Shown here piece after piece: positions 7,255 through 17,122 of a DNA stretch of 24,941 bases. The position numbers and the translations under genes are program-made. The notes beneath the pieces were generated by a model. That model was not told where the DNA came from. It did not search any database and worked only from the letters and a program-made list of their open reading frames with translations. Source of the stretch: a virus. Taxonomy: Duplodnaviria > Caudoviricetes. Position 1 is the stretch's first letter; every line of letters starts with the position of its first letter. The DNA lies in the IMG/VR virus record IMGVR_UViG_3300020045_008671, positions 1 through 24,941 of that record; one strand, given 5' to 3'.

Positions 7255-7639
7255 ATCAATTCACAGAGATACAACGTCATTATCAAATGATGAGAAAAAA
7301 ATATTAATGGAAGAATTATCTTTGCTTTCCAATTGCGAATCATTGAGCGAATGTAATTTTGGAAGGGTGATATTTGAAAACGAACCGTTATCTAATTTAA
7401 GAAAAAAGAAATATCAAGATTTTAGATTAATGTGCGAAACTGAAATTATCGTAAAAAATCCTTGTGATGATTATAAAATGATAATTGTGACTTCTGATGG
7501 AAAAGAGTTTACGAATAAAGCGATGGCTGAACTTCACGAATCAAATATTTCAAATGAAAGATTTTATAAATTTCAACTTGAAAATCGTAGTTGGTTTAGA
7601 AAATTATTTAATTTAGAACCTAGAAATTGGATAATTTAA
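7247..7639 (+). CDS. Hypothetical protein
   Basis: 130-aa ORF ending in the common phage motif RSWFRKLF. Confidence 0.6.
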   Translation: MNKSIHRDTTSLSNDEKKILMEELSLLSNCESLSECNFGRVIFENEPLSNLRKKKYQDFRLMCETEIIVKNPCDDYKMIIVTSDGKEFTNKAMAELHESNISNERFYKFQLENRSWFRKLFNLEPRNWII

Positions 7640-7643
7640 AATA

Positions 7644-8237
7644 ATGAAGCAAAAAGATAAACCAACCTACAACGGATTAACTTTCGATTCAACAGGTGAA
7701 ATGCACTTTTATTGGTGGTGCGAGGAACTTCAAGAAAAAGGGTTTATAAAAAGTATTGAACTTCAACCTGAAGCATTTAAACTTTCGGATAAAAAAGAAG
7801 TTTTGTACAGACTTAAAATGATAAAAGTTGAAGATAAAATTTTATCAAAACCAATAATTAACGCACATGAGTACACTCCAGACGTTAAAATAACTTGGGA
7901 TAGAAGAAAATCACTTGACAAGTTTATTTTTAGCTTTAACAGCCCTTTTATTAACTTTGGAAAGGAACGAATAGATTTAATTAAATGTTGCCATAAAGGA
8001 ATTACTTACATCGAGTTAAAACCAGAGTACGATCAAAACAATATGACAAGACTTGCGGTGTTAAATCAAAAGTGGGTGTTGGATAAAATGGATATTTTCG
8101 TGAATATTATTATTCCTGAAAAGCTTTTTGAGAAAACGTTTACGCCAAAAAGGTATATTACTTGTGATAATTCATCAAGAAAAAGAAAAATAGAATACGA
8201 AAACGTTGTATTTATAGAACAATTTTTAGAACAGTAA
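7644..8237 (+). CDS. PD-(D/E)xK nuclease, DUF1064-like
   Basis: YNGLTFDSTGE...LQPEAF.L...EYTPDV.I...YIELKP. Confidence 0.7.
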   Translation: MKQKDKPTYNGLTFDSTGEMHFYWWCEELQEKGFIKSIELQPEAFKLSDKKEVLYRLKMIKVEDKILSKPIINAHEYTPDVKITWDRRKSLDKFIFSFNSPFINFGKERIDLIKCCHKGITYIELKPEYDQNNMTRLAVLNQKWVLDKMDIFVNIIIPEKLFEKTFTPKRYITCDNSSRKRKIEYENVVFIEQFLEQ

Positions 8238-8527
8238 TGGATAGAAAATTATATTGTAGAAAGAATCAACTTTTCTATCAAAGAACTCATACCTTAGATT
8301 ATTTAAAAAATCATTGCAAAAATAATGAAGTCACTTTCTTGGAAAATGCTTTTTTATTTGGTTTTTTATTTAAAATTAATGGATTTATTAGGCGTGAAAA
8401 ACAATTAAAAACTAAAGATGAAGTTGTTAAATATTTTGTAAAAGTTTTTTCTACCGAATTAAGAGGGGAAAGAATTATGCACAAATATATTGATGATATA
8501 AGATACATTGTTAGTTTATATGATTAA
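8237..8527 (+). CDS. Hypothetical protein
   Basis: TAATG coupling to the upstream gene; converges on the ring gene with a 2-nt gap. Confidence 0.55.
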   Translation: MDRKLYCRKNQLFYQRTHTLDYLKNHCKNNEVTFLENAFLFGFLFKINGFIRREKQLKTKDEVVKYFVKVFSTELRGERIMHKYIDDIRYIVSLYD

Positions 8528-8529
8528 GT

Positions 8530-9282
8530 CTAAATTACCGACATTAGCTGACTAATATCTTGATTAGATATACTAGCGGTAGTAGTTCCATCGCCCATCT
8601 TCATAGAAATATAGAACAAAGCTTTATCAAACAACAATTGAAAACAGCTTGAAGGAAATTCAATTTGTCCTGTTGTAATATCTGCAATTAAAGTTGGTTT
8701 TTTAGCCCAAAAAACAGTAGCCAAATTCAACGTTGGTTTTGGTCTAATCTCAACTTCTTGGGAATGAATACCTGTATTGGTATTTCTGTAATTAAATGGA
8801 TTTAAGTAAGCGAACGTTTTTAAACCATCACAAATACCAGTTCCATCATATCCAGCTTCCAATGGGTTTTCTTTTGCTCTAGCCCATTCCTCAATGCTTT
8901 TTCTAACACAATCTTTTGTAGCTGAAACGTGAACTAAGTCACTTCTGAAATAACATTGTGTATCAACTGTTACAGGAGCAGTACCAATACTTTTTGTTAC
9001 AGGTTGTGGGTAAATTGCTAAAATTGTCCAAGCTTCATTTGGGAATACACTTAAAGAAATTCTGGAGTGTTCATCAGTTTGAAACACTCCAGAAAAACTT
9101 ATATCACGGAAAAATTCTTCTCCAATTTTATTTTCTCCAAACGCAGAACCAGCAACAGCAGTAAGCCATTTTATAGAAGCATTTATTGCAGGAATGTAAT
9201 CTAAATCATCACGATAATGATCACTTCCTTCGGCATCTAATGCAAAAGCTAATTGTTTTCTAAGTTCTAACGCTGAAATCAT
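8530..9282 (-). CDS. Putative virion ring/head-tail adaptor protein
   Basis: 250 aa, second gene after MCP; helical N-terminus (YIPAINASIKWL) and C-terminal KKPT...IEFP..CFQLL..ALFY, typical of adaptor folds. Confidence 0.55.
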   Translation of the reverse strand: MISALELRKQLAFALDAEGSDHYRDDLDYIPAINASIKWLTAVAGSAFGENKIGEEFFRDISFSGVFQTDEHSRISLSVFPNEAWTILAIYPQPVTKSIGTAPVTVDTQCYFRSDLVHVSATKDCVRKSIEEWARAKENPLEAGYDGTGICDGLKTFAYLNPFNYRNTNTGIHSQEVEIRPKPTLNLATVFWAKKPTLIADITTGQIEFPSSCFQLLFDKALFYISMKMGDGTTTASISNQDISQLMSVI

Positions 9283-9289
9283 TTTTTAA

Positions 9290-10168
9290 TTATGTTTTTG
9301 GAACAACACCATCTTTAACAATTCTGTTGTCACTCATTTTTGATGGATTAAATTCACCGTACTGAATAGACTTATTTGTTCCCATAAGTTTTTCAGCCAA
9401 TACTTTAGTTAATTGCATACGCATAACTTTTGGATCATTTGTTATTTGAATATTCTCCAACTTGCATCTTGCAATCATTTGAATATCACTCAACGTATTC
9501 ACAATGTTACTTGATTCAGCCAATCTTGTTGCAACGGTGTAATCCATAGCTTTAATATCTTCCTTGTTCTCAAAGAACTGAATACCAAATTTAGAGTGGT
9601 TTCTCAAATATTCAATTTCTTTTTTACTGTTTGAAGCAAAGTGAGATACTGAAACAACTTGAACTCCTTTGTGTGTAAGTCTTTTTGAACGAACAATTAA
9701 GGTAAACTGGATTTTTCCGTTTGGTGGGTAAGTAATTTGTCCCATTGATTTGTCACCCCAAATACCTAATCCGCAAGTAAATCCAAAAAAGATAACAGGC
9801 TCTTCAACGTAATCATCAATTAAATCACCTACATAGTCGCTTTTAGCATTAGCAACTCCAAATGGTGATTGTTTTGATGGAGCGGATAATTTCGCCATCA
9901 ACTCTTTATTTTGAGCTAATACAGTTGCAACAGCTTCACGCATTTCTTCGTTAATTGCTTCCTGAGATTTTAAAGCTTCACGCATTTTAAATAACTCGTC
10001 GTGTTCTTTTTCGGAAACTTCACCTACTGCTGGTTCTGAATCTTTTTTTGCTTCAAATAAATCTTTGCTTGAATTAAGGTTTATTGTTTTTTCTTCACCT
10101 TGATTTAAGTCTTTTTCTTTGTTTGTTTTTTCATCTCCTTTTGGAGCGTTTTCTTTTGTAATTGCCAT
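9290..10168 (-). CDS. Hypothetical virion-module protein following MCP
   Basis: 292 aa with a low-complexity charged N-terminus; called from synteny. Confidence 0.6.
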   Translation of the reverse strand: MAITKENAPKGDEKTNKEKDLNQGEEKTINLNSSKDLFEAKKDSEPAVGEVSEKEHDELFKMREALKSQEAINEEMREAVATVLAQNKELMAKLSAPSKQSPFGVANAKSDYVGDLIDDYVEEPVIFFGFTCGLGIWGDKSMGQITYPPNGKIQFTLIVRSKRLTHKGVQVVSVSHFASNSKKEIEYLRNHSKFGIQFFENKEDIKAMDYTVATRLAESSNIVNTLSDIQMIARCKLENIQITNDPKVMRMQLTKVLAEKLMGTNKSIQYGEFNPSKMSDNRIVKDGVVPKT

Positions 10169-10191
10169 TTTTGTTTTGTTTTTAATTATTT

Positions 10192-10230
10192 AAAAAATCA
10201 AGGGAGTACTAATCAAAGTACCCCCATTGA
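10192..10230 (-). terminator. Intrinsic terminator after MCP
   Basis: Minus strand tcaatgggggtact-ttgatt-agtactcccttga-tttttt. Confidence 0.7.
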
Positions 10231-10240
10231 ATATTTTTTG

Positions 10241-11479
10241 TTACGCCATTTCAACGTAAGCACAACCCAAAGGATTGTTAAACTTGATACCCATGTTGCA
10301 ATCAACATAAACATCAGAATAACGTTTTGGAGTTCCATCTTTTAAAGCATCGGTAACACCTGAACGCTCTCCCCAAATATTACAAGGCTTGATGTTTTCA
10401 ATATCTAAAATGATAATTCTTTTCTCAAAAGCTTGTGGGAAACTTGCACGTTGTTTAAATCTTGCCATTGGAATTAAAACAATGTTTGAAGATCCAATAT
10501 TTACTTGTTTCAAGTTTAACATTGCAAATGTATCATCTGGAGCATATTGAGTAAATTCCTCTTTATATTTTTTAGATAATAAACGATGTAATTCTGGAGT
10601 TAAAAACGCAAAACGAGTATCACCATAATCACCGTACTCAGACTGCATAACAACACTTTCAAAAGCATCTACCAATGTAAGTTCCGTTACACCAATTGCT
10701 GATGGTGAACCTGCTTCAAGCATAGCTGTAAAAACACCTTGTGTTGTTTTAGCCATTTTACCATCTTCAGTTTTGATTTCTCCTTTTTCACCTAACCATA
10801 ATGTATTTGCCAATCCTGTACGGTGGTGGTTCATCATTGCCTTAGTTTCCATAACCAAGAAGTTTGATGTAGTACCTGTTTTTTGCATTTTGTACAACTC
10901 AACCTCATCGTAACGAATAGCCATGTTGAAAAACTGAACAAAGTTTGTTCTTTCAATAGTTGTCGCACGGAAATAAGTTGTAAATCCATCTGAACCTGTA
11001 TGATCAACAGGAGATTGATTAGCGAATGAATCACCAGAAGTAACCGCTGGTAAAGTGCTATTCGTGAAAGGAACAACAGTAATTTTTGAATTCGTTGAAT
11101 CAATTTCAAAAATGTTTCCTTTTTGACCGTTTGGATAAACAATCAATGTGTTTGTACTAACACCATCTAAAGATGTAACACCAAATGTTTGCATTGCTGG
11201 GTGTGTAACTCCTGCAACAGTTTCGTTTGAAACGATTTCCAACCTTTGATCACCCATTTCTTGATAGTGAAACTCGTCTGAATCAACGTGTTCAAAACCA
11301 ACCATATTTAACAATTTCAAATCCATGAATTGTTTTGGCATTGAATCAAAGATAACTTTGTTCACTTCTTTTTGAACCAACAAACTTGTTGCGTGGTTGT
11401 ACTCTGCTCCGTAATTTGAACCTACTGAATTAAGGTTTTTATTGGAGAACTTTTCTGATGCAATATCTTGTAAAGCCAT
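10241..11479 (-). CDS. Major capsid protein (HK97 fold, crAss/SU10-like)
   Basis: 412 aa after portal and scaffold and followed by a terminator; E-loop-like EFHYQE, RTNFVQFF, LWLGEKG...TTQGV patterns. Confidence 0.8.
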   Translation of the reverse strand: MALQDIASEKFSNKNLNSVGSNYGAEYNHATSLLVQKEVNKVIFDSMPKQFMDLKLLNMVGFEHVDSDEFHYQEMGDQRLEIVSNETVAGVTHPAMQTFGVTSLDGVSTNTLIVYPNGQKGNIFEIDSTNSKITVVPFTNSTLPAVTSGDSFANQSPVDHTGSDGFTTYFRATTIERTNFVQFFNMAIRYDEVELYKMQKTGTTSNFLVMETKAMMNHHRTGLANTLWLGEKGEIKTEDGKMAKTTQGVFTAMLEAGSPSAIGVTELTLVDAFESVVMQSEYGDYGDTRFAFLTPELHRLLSKKYKEEFTQYAPDDTFAMLNLKQVNIGSSNIVLIPMARFKQRASFPQAFEKRIIILDIENIKPCNIWGERSGVTDALKDGTPKRYSDVYVDCNMGIKFNNPLGCAYVEMA

Positions 11480-11504
11480 TTTTCCTTTTTTTTATTAGTT
11501 ATTA

Positions 11505-12665
11505 TTATTTACTTACTATTCTGTTTTGGAAAGGACTTGGCTTATTGATTCCTTGAAGATGTTTAATAGATGATAAATCAACTGTATCTTTGCTAGAATT
11601 TTGCTTAGATGTTTTCAGTTTCTTATCGGACGTATTTACAACTTCCTCTCTCGCTTTGCTTTCACCTCTGTTTTCAGCCTGTTTTTTAATTCTTTCCATC
11701 ATTTTAGCACCATATAAAACATACGCAACACTTTCCGCTACGTTTGGTTTGTAAGTACCATTAGCTTCATAAAGCAAGTCGTCTGCTTCTCCATTCATCA
11801 AGATATTCTCGATCTTTTTCAATTCCGAACTACTGAAATGAGGATAAGTCTTACTTAGAGTTTTAACGGAATCCAATGCTGAGGTTTTAACCTTTTTCGC
11901 AATTTCTTTTTGATTATTCTCAAATTGAACACGTTGTAATTCTAACGAATCTTTATCTTTTTGAAACAACTTTTTTGATGAAGAACTTAATAACTTCACA
12001 CTTCTTTCAAATTCTGCCTTAGAAATTTCCTCGTTTTTCAACTTCTCTTCTTCCTCGGCATACTCTTCTGGAAAGTATTGCTGAACCAAACCATTTACAT
12101 CTTGTTTCTCAAATGGTTTTGAGTAATCCAGTCTTTGATCGTTAACTTTAGTCCAATCTTCACCATTAGCCCATAAATTAACTGACCTTGCTAAATCTGG
12201 TGGCATAGATTGTAAATCACTAAGAATTGCTTCGTATTGATTTTTAATTTTAACACCTTCCTGAGCTTGTTCTCTCCAAGTATCTGCTGAAGTTAAAAAT
12301 GTTGGCAAATCTTTTACGCCATACTTTTTACTGATTAACGAAATGATTTCTTTTTGAGGTTCAAAATCAAGCTTAATTTGTGGCTTTTTCTTTGTAGATT
12401 TTAATACACCAAAAATGTCTTCTTGCTCATCTTCATCATTCTCATCGTCTTCTGAATCATCATCTGAATCATTGTCATCTGAGTTTTCGTTTTCTTCTTC
12501 TTCTTCATCGTGATCGTTATCACTTTGATTTCCTTGGTTTTCATCTTCTAAATCGTCTTCTGAGTTTTCACTCTGCGAATTAGAAGTTTCAACTGGTAAT
12601 TTTTCGCCAAGTAATGCTTCGGCAAAACTTCGCTGTAAATCAAACTTTTGTTCTTCTTCTGCCAT
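11505..12665 (-). CDS. Putative capsid scaffolding protein
   Basis: Very acidic N-terminus and helical body, between portal and MCP. Start moved to ATG 12665 (MAEEEQ) because the tracked TTG overlaps a -7 element. Confidence 0.65.
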   Translation of the reverse strand: MAEEEQKFDLQRSFAEALLGEKLPVETSNSQSENSEDDLEDENQGNQSDNDHDEEEEENENSDDNDSDDDSEDDENDEDEQEDIFGVLKSTKKKPQIKLDFEPQKEIISLISKKYGVKDLPTFLTSADTWREQAQEGVKIKNQYEAILSDLQSMPPDLARSVNLWANGEDWTKVNDQRLDYSKPFEKQDVNGLVQQYFPEEYAEEEEKLKNEEISKAEFERSVKLLSSSSKKLFQKDKDSLELQRVQFENNQKEIAKKVKTSALDSVKTLSKTYPHFSSSELKKIENILMNGEADDLLYEANGTYKPNVAESVAYVLYGAKMMERIKKQAENRGESKAREEVVNTSDKKLKTSKQNSSKDTVDLSSIKHLQGINKPSPFQNRIVSK

Positions 12666-12680
12666 AATTATAATTTTATC

Positions 12681-12688
12681 CAAAATTA
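12681..12688 (-). promoter_or_regulatory. -7 element (TAATTTTG) for the scaffold/MCP transcript
   Basis: caaaatta on +, in the short portal-scaffold gap. Confidence 0.5.
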
Positions 12689-12719
12689 AAATATATTTTA
12701 ATATGTTTTTTTTTAATGA

Positions 12720-14921
12720 TTAATTTGGAATTGATTTAAAAATATCTCTTTGAGTTTTAGCATTTTCTACCATATTAGTTTTTTCCATGTCTAATTCATG
12801 GTCAAGTAATTTCTCATCAACAGCATCTTGTTTTTGTTGGTTTACATTTTGCACAATTGCTTGTTGCTCATTCGCAATAGCTTGTTGTTGTTGAGTATTT
12901 CTTTGAGCGTTAACTTTGTCCATTTCGTATTTAGCCTGAACTTTTTCATTCTGGAACTCTCTCAATGCTCGTGCAATCATAGATGAATTTGAACGGTCAA
13001 ATAAGTTAGCAAATCTTGTATCGTCAATTAATCCACCTTGCAATAAAGTAAATAACAATTGGTTTCCAGCTTGTATTCCTTGTTCTTTTGTTTCAGAACG
13101 TTTTACCGCAATTCTATAATCTTGATATAAATGGTCTTTAGTTAAATTAATTGTTTTAGATCCTCTGTCACCAACAATAATTGATAATTGTCTTGGGTTT
13201 TCAATAGCAATAGATTTCCCAACAGTAGCAATATGTAAATATGCTTGTTGCAAAATAGAAGTTAATGAAGCGTAAAATGGTTCTTGAACAAGTGAACCTC
13301 TTTGGATTTGTGCTTCAATAACACCAACCAAAACATCAGCCCCACCTTGTGTTCCTGTCATAGCTTCATTTACACCTGTAACATCTTGAATACTTTGTTG
13401 AACTTCTTTTATTACCTGAAACATTTGAAGCGTTCCAGAACCAATATTTGTTCCGTAAGCACCAACAGCATTTTGAACCGAACCAACTCTATCTGTATCA
13501 ACAAAAATTGGTTTTGATGCGTTCATACTTCTTAAATAATCCGCTTCTCCATCTCTATCGTCAACTGCTGATTTAGAAATAATTGTTCCTGTTCCTCTCA
13601 TATTACTCAAATGAGATTCTACAATTGACATTGTTCTATTCAAAAATCTTTGCGGATCAATAACATCGTCCAATGGCGTTAAAATTTCACCAAATTCATA
13701 ATCCCAAGTATCACATTTGTAAGGAAAGAATGATTTTGATGGTTTTCTTAAATATTTTTCTTGGTATGGTTGGATTCCGTATTCCAAAACAATATCTCCT
13801 TCAGATGAAGCAATTTCGCTTCCACTAATCATTATTACATAACGAGTAATTGAATCGTAAACAACTTCTTTTTTCTTATCACCAAGTCTTTTTTTAGCTT
13901 CTTCCGTTGGTGGTTCAATAAGGTCTTTATCTGTATAATCTGAATTTTCAGAATTTATGTAAACGTAAAAAGGATAACCGAATTCATCTAAAACGTAACC
14001 AGCTTCTTTTTTCTCAAAATCTTTCCAATAAACTTCGTACACAGGAACTTTACCTCCAGTATGAACCATAACGTTATTTATAACTTTATGTAAGCTCTGA
14101 ACTGATTTTTCGCTACCATACTTCTCAATTTGTTCTCTTTGGATTTGGTTTAATTTTGGGTATCTTTCAAAAATTGATGGTGTATCAAAATATCCCCATT
14201 CAAACATAAATTCTGCATCGGTAAGGTCTGGCTCTTGTGCTGATAAATCCCAACCAAAAAATGTTGGCATAACAGCTTTACCTTGGTAGTCACCATTAAA
14301 TTCAAAGCCTTTATAAATACCCATACCGTACAAAGCCATGCTTCGTGCAAGTTGTCTTTTTATTTTTCCAGCAATATCAATTTCAGTAGAAATATATTCA
14401 ATAAGATTATTTACATCTTGAACGTAATCTTCGACAAATGAATTTTCAAAAATTTCAACAGTTTCAATTTCGGTGTCACCAACAGGAACATTTTCTTTTA
14501 TAATATCCTTGAAGTAAGGTGACATTTTAGAAACTTGCTCAAACCCTTGGATTCGTTTTAACTCCTGCTCCCTCTTGTTTATAATGAAAGGTGAAATACA
14601 TTCTGCTTCGGCATCAAAAGAAAGGCGTATTGCGTTACCAATAAATTGTTTAACCATTGGCTTAACAATATTTTTAGCCCATTTCAAACGGTTACGCATA
14701 TCTCCAGATTCGTCCAAGAAAAATCCTACGGTATCATCTTCAAAAATCCATTGTCCATCACCACCTTTGTAAAAAGAATAATTTATTAAACATTTTTGAA
14801 TATATGCTCTATAAGTATTGTTATCAATAGTGTTTAAACAGTATTTACCCATTTGTCTATGGTAATCCTCATCTTTTTTAGATGTGATCCTGTCTGGACG
14901 ATTTTGATTTGTATTGAACAT
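12720..14921 (-). CDS. Portal protein (P22/crAss-like)
   Basis: 733 aa; NIVKPMV..FIG, VPVYEVYWK, DDVIDPQRFLNR, QDVTGVNEAMTG, and a Q-rich C-terminal barrel helix. Confidence 0.85.
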   Translation of the reverse strand: MFNTNQNRPDRITSKKDEDYHRQMGKYCLNTIDNNTYRAYIQKCLINYSFYKGGDGQWIFEDDTVGFFLDESGDMRNRLKWAKNIVKPMVKQFIGNAIRLSFDAEAECISPFIINKREQELKRIQGFEQVSKMSPYFKDIIKENVPVGDTEIETVEIFENSFVEDYVQDVNNLIEYISTEIDIAGKIKRQLARSMALYGMGIYKGFEFNGDYQGKAVMPTFFGWDLSAQEPDLTDAEFMFEWGYFDTPSIFERYPKLNQIQREQIEKYGSEKSVQSLHKVINNVMVHTGGKVPVYEVYWKDFEKKEAGYVLDEFGYPFYVYINSENSDYTDKDLIEPPTEEAKKRLGDKKKEVVYDSITRYVIMISGSEIASSEGDIVLEYGIQPYQEKYLRKPSKSFFPYKCDTWDYEFGEILTPLDDVIDPQRFLNRTMSIVESHLSNMRGTGTIISKSAVDDRDGEADYLRSMNASKPIFVDTDRVGSVQNAVGAYGTNIGSGTLQMFQVIKEVQQSIQDVTGVNEAMTGTQGGADVLVGVIEAQIQRGSLVQEPFYASLTSILQQAYLHIATVGKSIAIENPRQLSIIVGDRGSKTINLTKDHLYQDYRIAVKRSETKEQGIQAGNQLLFTLLQGGLIDDTRFANLFDRSNSSMIARALREFQNEKVQAKYEMDKVNAQRNTQQQQAIANEQQAIVQNVNQQKQDAVDEKLLDHELDMEKTNMVENAKTQRDIFKSIPN

Positions 14922-14925
14922 ATAA

Positions 14926-15492
14926 TTAGTATGATGTTACTCCATCGTTAATATTTACTAAGACACGTTTTTTCGTACCTCTTTCAACTGTTTTTATTCC
15001 GTTTCCGTCCTCAATTCTTTTTAGCATATTTGGAATATCTTTTTCAATACTCTTTAATAAATCAGAATGTTTTTTTAATTCATCAACGTCCATCAAAGAA
15101 ATTTGAGTTCTCGTTTTCATTCCAATAATATGATTCAACTCATCGAAAATATAATGTTGTAGCATTTTTGCTCTCAACCTTAATTCAGGATTAAATTTCT
15201 TCATTGCATCAATTCCAAGTTGAATGTGATCTGGTATATTACCATTATACAATTCTTTTAACTCTTCCTTTTTTAAATAATTTGGGAAACAACTTTTTGT
15301 TGCTATTTCAAATTTTTCTTGGTCTTCCTTTTCAAATATAGGTGATGTTCTATTTCCAACAAGCCAACAAAATTTTACTTCCGAAGGTTTTAACACCTTG
15401 AAATATTCATTTTCTGCAAGTTCTGGGAATTCAATTCTCAAATCTTGACTTGTTTCTAATCCGAATAAAACTACATCTACTTCTAATGCCAT
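14926..15492 (-). CDS. Hypothetical protein upstream of portal
   Basis: Start moved to ATG 15492 (MALEVD) because the tracked start lies inside the terminator hairpin. Confidence 0.65.
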   Translation of the reverse strand: MALEVDVVLFGLETSQDLRIEFPELAENEYFKVLKPSEVKFCWLVGNRTSPIFEKEDQEKFEIATKSCFPNYLKKEELKELYNGNIPDHIQLGIDAMKKFNPELRLRAKMLQHYIFDELNHIIGMKTRTQISLMDVDELKKHSDLLKSIEKDIPNMLKRIEDGNGIKTVERGTKKRVLVNINDGVTSY

Positions 15493-15533
15493 AAAAAATT
15501 TAATTAAAGGGGTGATAAAAACCACCCCTTAAT
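15493..15533 (-). terminator. Intrinsic terminator
   Basis: Minus strand attaaggggtg-gtttttat-cacccctttaat...tttttt. Confidence 0.65.
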
Positions 15534-15535
15534 TT

Positions 15536-16324
15536 TTAGATACCTAAGAAATCAGCTACTGGAGTATAAGTTCCATCAACGATAGAATCCAATATCGCAG
15601 TTGCAGTAGCAAAAGCCGCAGCGTTTTCTTCAATAAACAAAACAGCTTTTTCGTATTTTTGCACGAAATTACCGTTTACAATATTACTTCTAATATCTTT
15701 TCTGAACACGATTACGTATTTAGTGTATTCACCAGCAACCGCAACCAAAGAATTTGCAAAATAAAGTTTTGCTTCATCTGGAGTTCCACTTGGAGCAACA
15801 TAAGCTGTTCCAACAGTAATTGTAGCACCAGAAGGAACAACAATATCTGTATCACCTGAATTTACATCAGACATTGTGATCACCATTGATGAAGCACCAG
15901 AAGTTGTTGCTACAACACCTGAAGATAAATCATTTTGAATTGCAGTTAAAAACGCATTACGTAATTCAGCAACCGTTGGAGAAGCATCTACTGAAACCGT
16001 GTAAGTACGAATTTCAATCAACGCATTTGATTCAACACCACCACCATAGAACGCTTGTCTTTGTGGTAAAGAAATACTCATCGAGTAATTACTGTTCGCA
16101 ACCATAGAAACACTTGCAAAAGCAATAGTTTTAATGGATTTTGTACCAACCGCATAAGCTGTTTTTGTGACAGAAATACCATCTGAAACTTTAAATTTCA
16201 AACCAAGTGTCGTGTCAGCATTTAAGATGGTAACTTTACCACCTGCCAATGTTACGTCTGCATCAACAATAGAATTGTTAATTACCGCAACTCCATAATC
16301 AATTTTTGGAATTTTTGTGTACAT
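15536..16324 (-). CDS. Putative structural protein (auxiliary capsid/decoration)
   Basis: 262 aa, A/T/V/S/G-rich and beta-type, with its own promoter and terminator (consistent with high expression). Confidence 0.55.
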   Translation of the reverse strand: MYTKIPKIDYGVAVINNSIVDADVTLAGGKVTILNADTTLGLKFKVSDGISVTKTAYAVGTKSIKTIAFASVSMVANSNYSMSISLPQRQAFYGGGVESNALIEIRTYTVSVDASPTVAELRNAFLTAIQNDLSSGVVATTSGASSMVITMSDVNSGDTDIVVPSGATITVGTAYVAPSGTPDEAKLYFANSLVAVAGEYTKYVIVFRKDIRSNIVNGNFVQKYEKAVLFIEENAAAFATATAILDSIVDGTYTPVADFLGI

Positions 16325-16393
16325 TTTTTTTGTTTTTTTACACCGATTGTAATCCGTGTGAGTTAATATTATTATCTACACCGTGTAGTTGCA

Positions 16394-16401
16394 CAAATGT
16401 A
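16394..16401 (-). promoter_or_regulatory. -7 element (TACATTTG)
   Basis: caaatgta on +, upstream of the start at 16324. Confidence 0.65.
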
Positions 16402-16436
16402 ATCTAAAAAAAAATACATTTTTTTTTGTTGTTTAT

Positions 16437-16469
16437 TATGTAACCATTTGAAATATTTGTTTACCTTTG
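16437..16469 (+). promoter_or_regulatory. Promoter with conserved upstream box, copy 2 (TATGTAACCATTTGAAATAT-N5-TACCTTTG)
   Basis: Same 25-nt offset from TATGTAAC to TAnnTTTG as copies 1 and 3. Confidence 0.7.
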
Positions 16470-16485
16470 TGAAAAAATAAATTTT

Positions 16486-16779
16486 ATGAGTTTAGGTGAG
16501 GTTTTTTTAAACGAACGAAAAAATATAAATAAAACACAAACTGTTGTTGCTAATGAAGTGGGTTTATCTCAAACTTACCTTTGCTCAATAGAAACAAATA
16601 GAAGGATTCCGACAATAAATGTTGTTCAGAAATTGAGTGCTTATTACGGAAAACCTTTGTGGTTAATTTTATCACAAGATATTAGTGATGTAAATATTCC
16701 TGAAGGAAAAGAATATTTATACAAAAGATTAATCAATCAGATAAAAGAACTTTCAAAAGAAATTTACACTAATGATTGA
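16486..16779 (+). CDS. XRE-family HTH transcriptional regulator
   Basis: RKNINKTQTVVANEVGLSQTYLCSIETNRRIPTINVVQKLS. Confidence 0.85.
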   Translation: MSLGEVFLNERKNINKTQTVVANEVGLSQTYLCSIETNRRIPTINVVQKLSAYYGKPLWLILSQDISDVNIPEGKEYLYKRLINQIKELSKEIYTND

Positions 16780-17092
16780 GATTTTAATTAAAAATAATAT
16801 TCCTCATTTCATAATTAAGTATTATGAATTTAGTTTTATTTCTGATCACAGAAATTATAAATATGAAGTTTTTATTTTTAAATCTCAAATAACTGATACT
16901 GGAATAAAAAAAACTTGGTATAAAGAACCTTTTTATCCAAATCTTGTTTACCGAAAAATAAAAGGATTTGATGTAGATTTTTTTAGAGAAAATGAAAATC
17001 TTTACAAACAAACTGAAAACAATAAGCAAGGAAAAGTTTTTTTACCTAAAGGAATGTTTTTTGATTATCAATTAGCTAGAAGTGTAACATAA
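16772..17092 (+). CDS. Hypothetical protein
   Basis: 106 aa, overlapping the HTH stop. Confidence 0.6.
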   Translation: MIEILIKNNIPHFIIKYYEFSFISDHRNYKYEVFIFKSQITDTGIKKTWYKEPFYPNLVYRKIKGFDVDFFRENENLYKQTENNKQGKVFLPKGMFFDYQLARSVT

Positions 17093-17118
17093 AAAAAGCC
17101 CAACTAAGTTGAGCTTTT
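17091..17118. terminator. Bidirectional intrinsic terminator
   Basis: aaaaaaagcccaac-taa-gttgagctttt between convergent genes. Confidence 0.75.
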
Positions 17119-17122
17119 AATA

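Noticed and set aside
12421-12580. Low-complexity tca/tct repeats
   Set aside because: Explained by the D/E/N/S-rich tract of the putative scaffold protein.
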